Assembly: GCA_001643675.2 (NCBI GenBank)
Contig: LSRY02000019.1
Location: forward strand, 558,001-622,000
DNA: 64,000 bases
Direction: 5' to 3'
From: Monocercomonoides exilis PA203
Taxonomy: Eukaryota > Protista > Preaxostyla
The notes under the pieces are model-generated. The model was not told the DNA's origin and ran no database searches. It saw only the letters and a list, made by a program, of their open reading frames with translations. Positions within the stretch are counted from its first letter, which is position 1. Every line of letters begins with the position of its first letter. A program made the translations under genes and the position numbers. This document shows, in pieces, positions 46,225-58,477 of the stretch.

Positions 46225-47951
46225 GAAAATTATTTTAGAAAATTGCTGTTTCCAAAGTCTAACGCTTATTTTGAAATTTTTAATCAAAAAAGAAGACCTA
46301 TCTCTCACAAAAACTATCTTCGTTTTAAGTTTATTCGTTTTTTTGAAAAAAACATAAATAATAAAATTTTAATTTTCGTCCACATCCGTCAGGAGTTAGA
46401 TACACACGAAGTGAAAAAGTTATATTCATAAACAACATTTTTTTATTAAGATATTTGACTTTTCTTTCTATTTACAAATTAATGAATTTGTTTATTCGTA
46501 AACTTGTTTATTCATTCATTCATTCCTCGTTATTTCATTCAAAATTTTCCCTCAAAATGACTATTTTTCTTTATCATTATACCAATAATTATTCGAAATC
46601 GGAAAACTATAATTCGAAATCGAAAAAGAAGCTAATTATTTCAGAATTTCAATTCAAGCCAAAACCATGGAAATTATATTGAAAAAATTGTTGATAATTG
46701 CAAATGTTTATTTATAGAATATGTTATTCTTTCATTTAAAACAACTGTTTTCTATGATGAAAACTGATATTCATGGTCTTTTTTTATTTTGAAGATTGAA
46801 AATGTTTAATTTTATCAGTTTCAAATGCAACAAATGTTATTAAAAACATTTCATTTCAAATAAATGAGATAAATTTCTGTCTTTTTGTTCATGAAACAAG
46901 ATCATGAACTATCCTATCACTTTTATTTTTTGCTAAATAACTTTTGTCTCCTGAGCGCATGTAATGAGTTTAATTATTATACAATTTTATTCCATTCACT
47001 CTGTTACACAAAATCAAATACCAAAAAAAAAACATAAAAAAATATTTTTCACATTGAAATTGACAAATTTCTCAGATCATTCACAGAAAGAAAAGAAACT
47101 GACATGAGTTTGAATTTTGAAAAAATTTTCAAAAATTTTTGATGATAAAAAATTTTCTTATCTGGGATAGAATATTTGACTTCAGGCATTTTCATTGAAA
47201 AATTATGCATCTCAGATAAACTTTTTGTGACAAAATAATTTGAAAAAAATGGGTTTATTTATTGAAAAACAATCGAGATCACAAAACTTATTGTTGTTAT
47301 ATCTTTGGTATCTTTTCGCATATAAGAAAATCATATTTATTTTGAAATCTGGCTTAGTTTAATAATAAAATAAGTGAAACAATTTTTTCTTGCTTTGTGC
47401 ATAAAAAGCTTGAAAGTCCATATTTCTCCCAATCTGAATTAATCTTTTTCAATTTTGAAAATTTATTTGTGAAATGTGTCAATTGTAAAAAGTGTATGAA
47501 TGATAAATTATAAAAAATGCAAAAATTGACACTAAAGAAAAATTGAAAATAATTTATATTTATTTTCTTCTGTGTTAAGCGACATAACATTTTATCATAA
47601 ACTTATATTATCACAAAAAGTTGTACAAAAATCGATGTGATAATGTCCGATTTTGACTGTGTGACAGATGTAGAAAATAATCTGTACGATTTTTTCATGT
47701 TTTAAACCTTGTTTCTTTGATGTTAATAACTGCAAATTCCTGCCAGTCTATGAAAGTCTAACAGTCAGAAATATCCCTATTTGACTTTTTGTCAATACAA
47801 AAATATTTTTTCTTTTTAACTTTACTGAAATAAATGTTAATTAAAAATCATCATAATTCTTTGTAAATTGTTTTACAAAAAGAAAGCTTTGACTTGAGGT
47901 TTGCCTCAATACGCTTCAGAAAGCAGATTTTTAATGGTAAAGTCGCAAATT

Positions 47952-48171
47952 AACATATGTCTGTTTTTCTTTGAAATTACACTTTCGTTCGAGGTTTGAT
48001 AAAAAAATTAATCTCAATGGGATTATCAATAAAAATGAGGTGTAATATAAACGCATATTGTTTATGATATTGCTATTGCAAAAACAAAATTTGAAACAAA
48101 TCCCATTGAGATAAAAATTATGATGAAAACTCGAACGAAAGTTTGATTTCGAAAAGGATCAGCCATATGTT
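47952..48171. repeat. Degenerate inverted repeat (old foldback/MITE core), 73-bp arms
   Basis: 47952-48024 versus reverse complement of 48099-48171 align without gaps, sharing aacatatg, actttcgttcgag and atctcaatgggatt. Confidence 0.8.
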
Positions 48172-48605
48172 CAAAATAATAATTGAAAAACTTCAAGCAA
48201 TATTTCTATTTCAACGTTTTAATAAAATAATCATATTGTGAAATCTTTATCAACGAAACATTCATTAAAATGGATGATCAAAGAAAAAAGAACTTTGGTC
48301 TGTTATGTTGAATCTAAGAAGTGCTAATAAAACCTCAAATAAAGCAAAACATTCTTTTAAAAAAAGTTTGAAAAAGAAAAAGAAAAACTTGAAACTTTAT
48401 TCTAAAAACGATTTTATTTTAAAAATATTTTGAGCAATTTCATGTGATAGACAATTAAAAATCAAATCAGACAAATGAAAGCAATAACTTCGAATAAATT
48501 GAATATAACCTTCTCAAAATAAAAAAATTACAGTCATTTTTCAATTTGTGCAATTTCACCCAAAGCTACAAGATAATATAAAACAGTATTGTTCAGTAAA
48601 TAATG

Positions 48606-50038
48606 TTAGCATTTAGCAGAACGAGCATATGCAGAAGGAGAAGCAGCAGGAGCAGGTGGAGGATGAGGAGGAGCAGACGCAGGCTGGCGAGCAGGAGAGT
48701 ACACAGGCGAGTTAGAAGCAGCAGGCATGGCACGGTATGCACCAACACCAGGCACTGGATTGGCTGATGGAGTTGCGCTTGAGCAGGGAACAGCGCCAGG
48801 AGCAGCAGGCGAAGGATGCCCCGCGGGCGCTGCAGGCCACTTCGCCTCAGCACTTGTTAGTTGGTTCAGTGTCGTTTTCACCTCTGGCTCTAGAGTGGCC
48901 ATGTCAGAATAAGAAGTCGCATGCATATTGTACTGAGTATTAATATTAATAATAAAAAGAAAAGACAGTTTAATAAATATTCCCAAAAAATTAATGAATG
49001 AAAAACTCCAGGTCCATTCAATTTCCTTTCAACACACACACACACACGCACACACACACACACACAAAAAAAAAGAAAGAAAGAAAAGAAAAGAAAAATT
49101 ATTCAGAAAAAATACCATTTCCTCAAAAACAAGGGAAACTTGCTTCAAAACATCATGATTTTTCTTTCTTTCAACTCCATCAACCGCTTCAAGAAGAGCA
49201 GCTCTGTCAGCTTTATATTTATCATCCAAACGTTGATATTCAGCTGCTGCCTTTTCAGCCTTAAAAGGTTGTTGTTCCTTATTCTTTTCACGTGCGGCTG
49301 CATCTCTTGACGTTCGTAGAGATGATAATGCATTCTTCTTTTCCTGTTGATATAAATTAATAACAGAGAAAAAATATTATTTAAAAAATATAAGTTAAAA
49401 TACCCTTGTTTGAGTGATTTCTTTTTCATAGAAATCCGTTTCTGGGACTACTGCAACACGGGCGAGAGATTGACTTTTTTATTAACAATATGAAACATAA
49501 TTGAGTAAAAAAGTTTGAGCAAACGTAAATTCTCGTTGATATTCTTCATAAGCTTTCAAAGCTTCGGCTATAATCAAAAATTAAAAATGCACGTGAAAAA
49601 AATTATATTCAAGGTTACAAACCGTATTTTACCACACGAGGATCGAGAGTTGGGCTTTTTCCAGCAAATTCCAAAAGAGAATTGTACTTAATACATTAAA
49701 TAATAAAGAACTAATCAATGAAAATAAGTGAATACAAGAAGTTAATCCAAACAAATGCTAATCTTGCCTCAGAAGCAGCAGCAGAAATTTCTAACATTTT
49801 TTTTCCTTTTTTGGCTAAATCATCAACGCATATCCTTGTCATTTTAAAATTATCTATTGATTTAGTAAATTCTTCTGTTTCTTTAAATTCCTCAGCTTGA
49901 CCCATCTTCACAAGCATTTTTTGACCAAGGTTTGCTGCTTTTTGTTTAAATGTGTCAAAAACCGACTTGAAAATTGAAGAAAAAAAAGATGATATTGAAA
50001 AAAATCTTTCATTTAAGATGAGTTTTTTATCATACCAT
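48606..50038 (-). CDS. Putative N-BAR domain protein with Pro/Ala-rich tail; multi-exon, ATG-only first exon
   Basis: MSVFDTFKQKAANLGQKMLVKMGQAEEFKETEEF resembles the amphipathic start of amphiphysin/endophilin BAR domains; helical charged middle; Pro-rich C-terminus. Confidence 0.6.
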
Positions 50039-50325
50039 GCTTGCTATTATTTACTGATAAATAGTTATTCACAGCAAAAAATGATCCAAACCACATTTAG
50101 TTAATAAAACAGAAAATGAACAAATAGTTTTTAACTCAAAAAAATGACAAGAATTGTTTAAAATTAAATTGTTTACTCACAATTTTGAAATAATAAAATT
50201 AAAAAATATGTCACATGATGAAATGAGTTGCTGTTGAATAAAAGCTCAAAAGTGAAATGACTGCTGATCCAATGAAAAAATCTTAGCCAATATCAATAAA
50301 AAACATTGCCCAAGATCTCTATTTT

Positions 50326-51231
50326 TCAAATCATTTCTTCGCCAATCTCTCTCCGAAGATCGGCTGCAATTGCAAGTGGAGCAACTTCATTCAGTCTGAA
50401 GATTCGTTCAATAACGGAAAGTTCAGTTGAAGTTGTTTCCAATCCAACAAAGCAACTCCAATCATTTGCGACCATTCCAGCACCAATCACATCAGATCCT
50501 CTGTTAAGAGTTCCAGCAACAAGAGGAATTTCCAGAAGATTTGATAATTCTTCCAATTCTTTAATGGGGGCCATGGGATGAACGAGACCTCCTTGATTTG
50601 TAAAATAACAATACGAACCAACAAGTGTATGCCCAGCAATGGATTGCCTAAACACGTCAACATCAAGCACATCTTTGATAGCCTCTTCCGTTGCCTAATA
50701 AATGTATAATAAGAAAATTGAGAATAAAAAAAGCAATCTATTGATTCAAAATTAACACACAGCATCTGCATCAGGATGTAAAAGCGCTACATGATCATTG
50801 CATGCAATGATATTTCCAAGAGCAGATAATTTTTCTTCAAGACGTTGCACAACAACAGAATCAGGCAAAGAAGATCGCAAATGAGCTATCTCAGCATCAG
50901 TTGTTGTGTGAGGAACAAGTAATCCTTTTGCATTTCCTTTTCAAAAGAGCAAAAAAACAATTAAAATTTTAACACACTAAACATTTCTAAAGCATACCAA
51001 CGCACAATCTCCCTAAAATTTTTGTTCCTGCAAAAGTGGCTTGAATAACAGGGATATGGTCAGAAAGTTCTCCTTCAAACACGGAATAAAATTGTGGATT
51101 TCCTTGAGGCGTAATGCAATACTTGCTTGTCAATTTTGCAAAAACTCCAACTTCACTGCTATTTTCAAATTGCACTCCTAACAAAAAGCAATAAGTCAAA
51201 CAAAACATTCATTTTACACACTTGTAGCCAT
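50326..51231 (-). CDS. EIF6: Eukaryotic translation initiation factor 6
   Basis: [71 protein letters not shown]. Confidence 0.97.
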
Positions 51232-51449
51232 TTCAAATTATGAACTGTTTGCAATTAAGAATTTTTGATCGACCCATCAACTCATTCTCATCAATAAAGT
51301 ATTATGAAACAAAGAATATTTCAAATCACTATCATCTCAAGCTGTATTACAAAAAACCCAAATCATTTAAAGAATAAATTTTTTATTTCTCCCGTTATAA
51401 ATATCATAAATAATTATTGCTTCGTTTCAAATCGGTTGGGGAAAGATAC

Positions 51450-53233
51450 ATGAGTTCGAATAAGGATGGTATGAATACCTCTATTGAAAGTTCGTTATCT
51501 AGTATTTAATAAAAATCGGGATTTTTTTATTATAAAGATTTTGAAACAGAGATGATGCAGGTTTGGACTTTTAAATGTGAATTATATTCATGTATATCAC
51601 TGATTCTGTTTCTTTAATTAGCCAACCGACGATCTTTTCGAAGAAAAAGATTTGGACATTGCATTCCCTGAAGGCGAATCTCTTCCGCCTGCATCAAATG
51701 ATAATATATTTCAGTTTGCGATTTGATAATCATTATTTTAAAAATAAATTCAAATTTCTTTCCAGAGTTGAACTTTCAAATGTATTTTCAACAACAATTA
51801 AAAACAACTGTGCGACATACGGAAGCCCCACTTCCTATTTAGTTGAAACATCAGGGGCAACAGTTGGAACAGAAAGTGGTATTAGCTTCAGCGTTGCCCC
51901 TAATGGAGATTATAAAGGAACTGTTGGAGATGACGACAATGCTGTTACAGCACTTGAAAAAACAGCTGAAACATTGATAATTGGCAGAAAAAATGGAAAA
52001 ATTGAAGTCTGGAAGGGAACACCATCCACAGGATATGCAAAAGAAAAGGAAGTTGTGTAATTTGAATACCCTTATAAAAATTTTTTAACAAATGTGAATA
52101 TATGTATTTTTGAAAATCAGTTTTTTGATGCATCAGATCAAACTGCAGTTATTCAATTATTTGCGCTCCAAGATTCAAATTCTTTTGTTGCAGCTTTCTT
52201 TTCTGGGCGCTCACTTGTATTGCCTCCTGCAAAGACATCTATCTTTTCGAAACAAAAACGTGTTTTGCTTACTGATTCGCAATCACACGGAGCGGTATAT
52301 GAAATTCTATAATTCTGAAATTATCTGAAGAGTTTTATATTTAAACAAAAAATTTTTTTCTTTCAAAATGTATTCTAACAACATAATAATACTTGCCTTT
52401 TTTCCCCCCCCCATTTGTGCTGTATATATTTCGCAGATGCTGAGTTGTGCGTTGTCGATACAAGGAACGACAAAGGAAGGAGTGTCGTATTTATTTGCCA
52501 GTGCTTCTCTGACTGCTGTGGCTGTCCAGATAAGCAATGCAGGCAACATCGAGACCGTTGCGCGGATGGAATTTCCGACAGAGGGCATTCCGCAGTCAAC
52601 ACCGCCTTACCCCCATGTGGCTTGGAGGCCAAGGCAAGGGCCGGATATTGAGAGTTTGAATGAGGAAGAGAAAGTGGGGAAGAAAAAAGAAAAACAAAAA
52701 AGAAGAAGAAAAGAAATGGATAAAGATAAAGATAAAAATTATTTTATTTTATTTTATTGATTTTTTGCATATTTTTGTGTTATGATGAGTTGTTTGAAAA
52801 ATTTGAAATTAAATCCATTAATAAAATTTTTAATGTTTCATTTTCTGTTTTATTATTTCAGATATTCTTTCTGTGGGATATTTCAAAACGGTCTCGTTCT
52901 ATATGCCATCTTTGAAGCAGTTTCCTGCTCAATTCTGCATCGTATGCCTTCAAAACAATTTATTAACAGACTTTGTAATTTAATGACTCAATTTTTTATT
53001 TCTTTGCTCCAATAATACTAAAATTATACAAACGCTTTTCTTTTTCTTTTCTTTCTTTCTTTTTTTTTTCCCTTCTCCTTTAGCCGAGTGTCAGCATCGA
53101 AGGAATCACAATGACACACAGATGGATTGACACCACAACACTCGCTTTGATCGACTCAATGCACAACTTTCAGTATGCATCTATCTTTAATTTATGTAAG
53201 TTCTTTTATATTGCAATATTCTTCATTTATTTT

Positions 53234-53280
<47 letters not shown>

Positions 53281-56200
53281 TTTTTTTTTTTTCTTTCTTT
53301 CTTTCTTTCTGTTCCCATCATCAACACACTCAACAATTACCATCCCATTCAAACCTTCCCCAAGCTTCTTCTCCTATCCAGACGGCGGGCATTTATGTGT
53401 CATCCAGCTCCCTTCCCTTACAATGTCCACAAGACCCTTCACACACACCCTCTTCTCAATGATACCAACACACCCAACTGTCCTCCCCCCTTCTTCGTCT
53501 TCTGCATTCGTCGTGTCTTCAACAGCTGTTGTGCTTCGCCAGTCGCCTTCGAGTGCGACTTCTGCGTTGATGAAGACTCTTTCTTCATCTTCTGCAGATG
53601 CGAGCTTGATGGGACAAGGTTTGGGGAAGTTTTAGTTGTAATTATTTTTATTTTGGCAAAAAAAAAAGAGAAAAATGATAAATTAAAATGAAAATATTTT
53701 CATTTCTTCCTCATATTTTTTTATTTTATTTTATTTTATTTTTTTGAACTTGCATAACTAACTTCCAATTTATCTGTCTATTTCTCCATTTACCCCCCAC
53801 CCCTTCAAACAATTGCAATTCTTCCTGTCATATTTTCCCATTCAGTCAAACCTTGTCTGCTTTGCCTGTCTGAAGATGCTGAGCTTTTTGTCGTGTCTTT
53901 TGCGTCGTGGCCTGACCGGCTGTCGCTGCTCGCAGAGAAGAAGAAAGACCTCATAAAACTGCTGGCTCTTATAGTCGAGTTCTACTACACTACAAACCCG
54001 TATGATTTATGAGATTTTTTATTATTTTATTATGTTATTAATGAATTAATTGTGTGTATGTCTTTTCAAAATTTCCTTTCTTTATTTTCTAAACCAACTT
54101 TTTTCTTTAACTTCCAACCTCATTTCTCTTTATCTCTTCTCCATCCCCTTTCTTTCTTTCTTTCTCATATTCTCTCGCCCTCTCTTTCTCTCATTCTCTC
54201 ATTTTCTCATTTTCTCATTCTCTCATTCTCTCTTTCTCTCTCTCCCATTCCAGTTCAATGCACTCCCTCCCACTCGAAAAGAAAGTGCGCCAAAGCAACG
54301 TGCTTGAAGTCGGGGGAAAACTCATAGCAGCTCTTGTGAAGGAGACAATGGCAGAGGCAGTGCAGAGTCTGAAGCCGTCTTCGATTGAAAGCGCTGTGCA
54401 GAAGGCAGAAGAAGAAGAGAAGAAGAGAAGAAGAGAAAAAAGAGAGGCAATGAAGGAGGCGGGTAGGAGACTGCTGGGTGCAAGTGCTGTTGAAGAAGAA
54501 GGAGAAGAAGGTGGAGAAGGAGAAGGAAGAGGAGAAGGAAAAGAGGGATTGGCAGAAAGAGAGAAAGGAAATGGAGAAGGGAAAGATTCGTCTTCAGATG
54601 CAAAGGGAGAAGGAGAAGGTGATGAATCGAAAAAAGGAGAAGCAGGAAACGACGACGAAGATGCAGAAGAAGCCGAAGAAGAGGAAGCCGAGGAAGAGGA
54701 AGAGGAAGAGGAAGAGGAAGAAGAAGATGACTCACCCGATGCTGTTATCATGCCCAAGCCAAAGGCAAAGCCGAAGCCGAAGCCGCTTTCATTCCTGGCT
54801 GCTGCGAAGGCTGCGACGACGCTGTCGATCTTTGCGAAAAAGGCAGCACAGCCAAAGGGACCAACGTCACTCTTCTTGCTTGACTACATCAACAGAACAA
54901 AGGAGAAGGCGAAGGAGAAGGAGCAGGCAGGTTCTTCTTCTCCTTCTTCTGCTTCTTCTTCTGCTTCTGACGCTTCTTCTTCTTCTTCGTCAGATTCTTC
55001 ATCAAATGATCTATTTGCCCAGAGCTATCTTCCATCACAAACCGTCCCTTCATTTCTGGGCTTTTCTGTGCATCTGATCGGAACTTTACTTACCTTCTGC
55101 ACCAGAATCAACAACATCAAGTACTTCTTCGACTCTCTTCTCCCCATCCTCATCGCTGCTGTTGACGAAGCACCAGCACGCCCTCAAGCAGACGCCTCAG
55201 CTTCTGCCACGCCCTTCGGAGCAGCAGCAGGGGTACACGGTGGATTTGGCGGGTTTGGCGGGTTTGGAGGGCTTGGGGCATTGGGGAAAACAGCAGGACA
55301 GCAGATGAAGCTGGGGGGTGTGCAGGCAGGGAAGGAGGCAGGGAAAGGAGGGAAAGGAGAGGAGAAAAGTGATTCAGATGCAGATGAAATAAGCTCTTTT
55401 GCGTTTGACATGACACACGCGCTGGTGCTGTGCCTGATGAGGGGAATTCTCTGCGGGCAAGTGGCGGCTCTTCCGCCCACTCCTTCCTATCAGCTTGCTC
55501 CAAAAACGAATGATTCATCATCAACTTCTCCATCGTCTTCTTCTTCCCCTGCCAAGCCAGCTACCCCACTGTCTGCGGAGGAAGCCGAGAAGCAGAAGAA
55601 AATAGAAGAGGCAGCCAAGCAACAGCTGGCAGCGCTCCACCAGCCGCTCCTGCGTGTCCTCCTCAGCCACACCCAGCGCTGTGCTCCTCTTATGCACGAG
55701 GCACAGAAAAGGATGATAATTGCACTGGCTTCGCAGAGGAGCTTGAGCGATGGAGAAAGAGAATTCTGCTTCATGTGGGCGAAGAGGAAGAGGATGTGGA
55801 GGTTGTTGTTGGGCGCGCCGTATGTGTTTGTTGGAGGAGAAAGAAAGAAAGGAGAAAAGGGAGAGGGAGAAGAAGAAGGAGAACAATGTGCTTCTGCTTC
55901 ATCATCATCATCATCATCATCTCTATCATCTGATTCTGGTGGTTGTATCCTCAGTGGGAAAGGCGTTATTTCCACTCACTCTCTCTGTGCTGTGCTCAAA
56001 ATGCTGTGGAACACCTACATTTTATCACGAGTCAAGCCACAACAATCTTCCAATAATTCTCCATCTCCACCTTCAAATGCACCATCTTCTGTTGTTTCTT
56101 CATCCCCCGCAGTGAAAGGCGACTGCCCAGCTGAAGACGACGATGCTTTGACGCTGCCTGAGGTGTGTGCTGTGCTCCTGGCAGTGATTGACATTGTGGT

Positions 56201-58442
56201 GAGGAGAGGCATCTTCTTCCCAACAAACAGGGTGCTCAAGTCGAAGAGGAAGAGGATGGCGGCGGCGGGCCCGCTGCTTTGCTGGCTGTTTGGAGGAGAT
56301 GGGGGAAGAGGGAAGAGTGGAAAGGAAGGAGGTGAAGGAGGTGAAGGAGGAGAAGGAGAAGGAGGAGAAAGAGAAGGAGAAAATGAAAATGCAGTCAAAG
56401 ATAATAATAAATGTGATGTTACTAGCGGACTTGGAGGAAGTGAAAGGAAAGGAAGGAAAGAATGGATTCGAAGTGCAGATGCGAAGCAGCTGTATGAATC
56501 ACTCAGCGAAGAGAACAAAAATAGAATGAAATCTCTTGGCCCATTCAAGTTTTCTTCTTCTTCTTCTTCTGTTAATAATGTCACGCTCATTGAAACTCTC
56601 AACCCATCAGACATTTACTCTCCATCGCCTTTGTCAACACTGCTGAAGTACAACTATCAACAGACTATTAACACAATAATAGTCCCCGCTCTTTCGTTGT
56701 GTCCTCTTCCAGATGCTTCTATTTCTAATGCAACAACAACAACATCTTCTTCTTCTCTTTCTTCTTCTCTTTCTTCTTCTCTTTCTTCTTCTTCTTCTCC
56801 CTCTTCCTCTTCTTCTTCATTCAACCCAACCAACCCAGTGGCTGTGTCATTAGCACAGGAGTCTGCTGTTGCCCTGAGCATTCCCTCGCTCATTCCACAC
56901 AGCGAAGTCAAAGCAGAAACAAAAAGAAGCCAGAGAAAAGAGAAGAAGATGAAAAGAGAACAGAAAATGACAAAGAGAAGAGGAGAAAATGAGAAGGAGG
57001 AGAAGGAGAAAGAGAAAGAAAAAATGAAAAAGACAATAAAATCCTCAGAAAAATCAAAAGAAATCGAAAAAGACAACACAAATTCTCTGATAAACACACA
57101 AATTGGTCGTATCGGTACTGAAATCGACGAAAAATCGCTGCTTTCTGCAGATTCCATCCAAAATCTGCTTCCTTCTCTACATGAAGTTATCTCCTCGACG
57201 CTCAGTGCTGCTGAACTCGATGGAGATTGGAGTATTTTTGGGTGTGAAGGCATTCAAACACCACAAAGACCACAAACACCACATGCTTATCAGCAAGGAG
57301 GAGGCAGTGCTTATCCACAACAGAGCGATTATTCGGCTATCCCACGGCCACTTAACGCATCTGAAGCAGAAATTAATCAACAGAAGGAATTTTCTTCATT
57401 AACAACTTCTTCTTCTTCTTTTTCTTCTTCCAATGCAAATTCACGCACCATTTTGAGTCAATTACAGGCAGCAGATTTGATCAGGCTGCTCACCCCGCTT
57501 ATTGTAAGCTCTGGTTATACTCTGTCTCCACTCCTGTTTTCACAGTTCTTGCAGCATTACATCTTCTGCTCTCAACTTTCATCATCATCATCCTCTTCTT
57601 CTTCTTCATCATCTTCTTCATCATCTTCTTCTTTGTCTTCTTCCTCCTCTGTCTTATCAATCCAGTCCTTCCAATCTCCATCTTCTGCTTTTCCTCCAGT
57701 CAACTCCCCACTTCATTCATCACAACAACAGCAGCAACAGCAGCAATATCGCAGTTCAAACAGACAACAACAACAACAACAGTTTCAATCAGCAAAAGAA
57801 CCAACCCTTCCCTTTGCCCTCTTCACTGATGCTTCTTATCCTCTTTGCGATCCTGCCCCGTCTCCTGCCCCTCTGTCTGTTTCCCGCCGCTCAACCATTT
57901 TGTGCTCCCTCATTTCATTTTGCATGCCTAATTTATCTTCTATTTCATCATCATCATCATCATCATCATCTTCTTCTTCTTATCATTCCTCTTTCTCTCC
58001 CTTCTCTCATTCTGTCGCCTCACAGCTGAGCCGTCTGATGTGCACACACTCCTTCTTCTCACCCGCTGTGCTGCTGGCTGGCTTATGTGGAGACTATTTG
58101 TGTGCATTCGAATGCTTCATCCACAACAACGGCTTTGTTGGAGACAGAAACAGGGCGATGGAGAGGCTGATGAAGCAGGAGAGGAGGAGGGAGAAAGCAG
58201 CAGCGAGGAGAAGAGGAGCGATGGCAGGAGAAGGAGAAGGTGGTGAGGGAATGGGAGGAGAAGGAGGAGAAGGAGAAGGAGGGGAAGGAGGGACACAGAA
58301 TGTAGAGATTACGTTTGGTGGAGCAGGAGAGGAAGAGGAAGAAGGCAAAGAACAAGGAGAAGAGAATTATGGGAGTGAAGGGACAGGGAAGGAGGAAAGA
58401 GGGAAAGGAGAAGAGGAGGAGTATGAATATGAGTATGAGTAT

Positions 58443-58477
<35 letters not shown>

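Noticed and set aside
47070-47113. Similarity to the reverse complement of the foldback loop (tctcagaYcattca..atgagtttga)
   Set aside because: Two short matches with different spacing in AT-rich DNA; not distinguishable from chance by eye.
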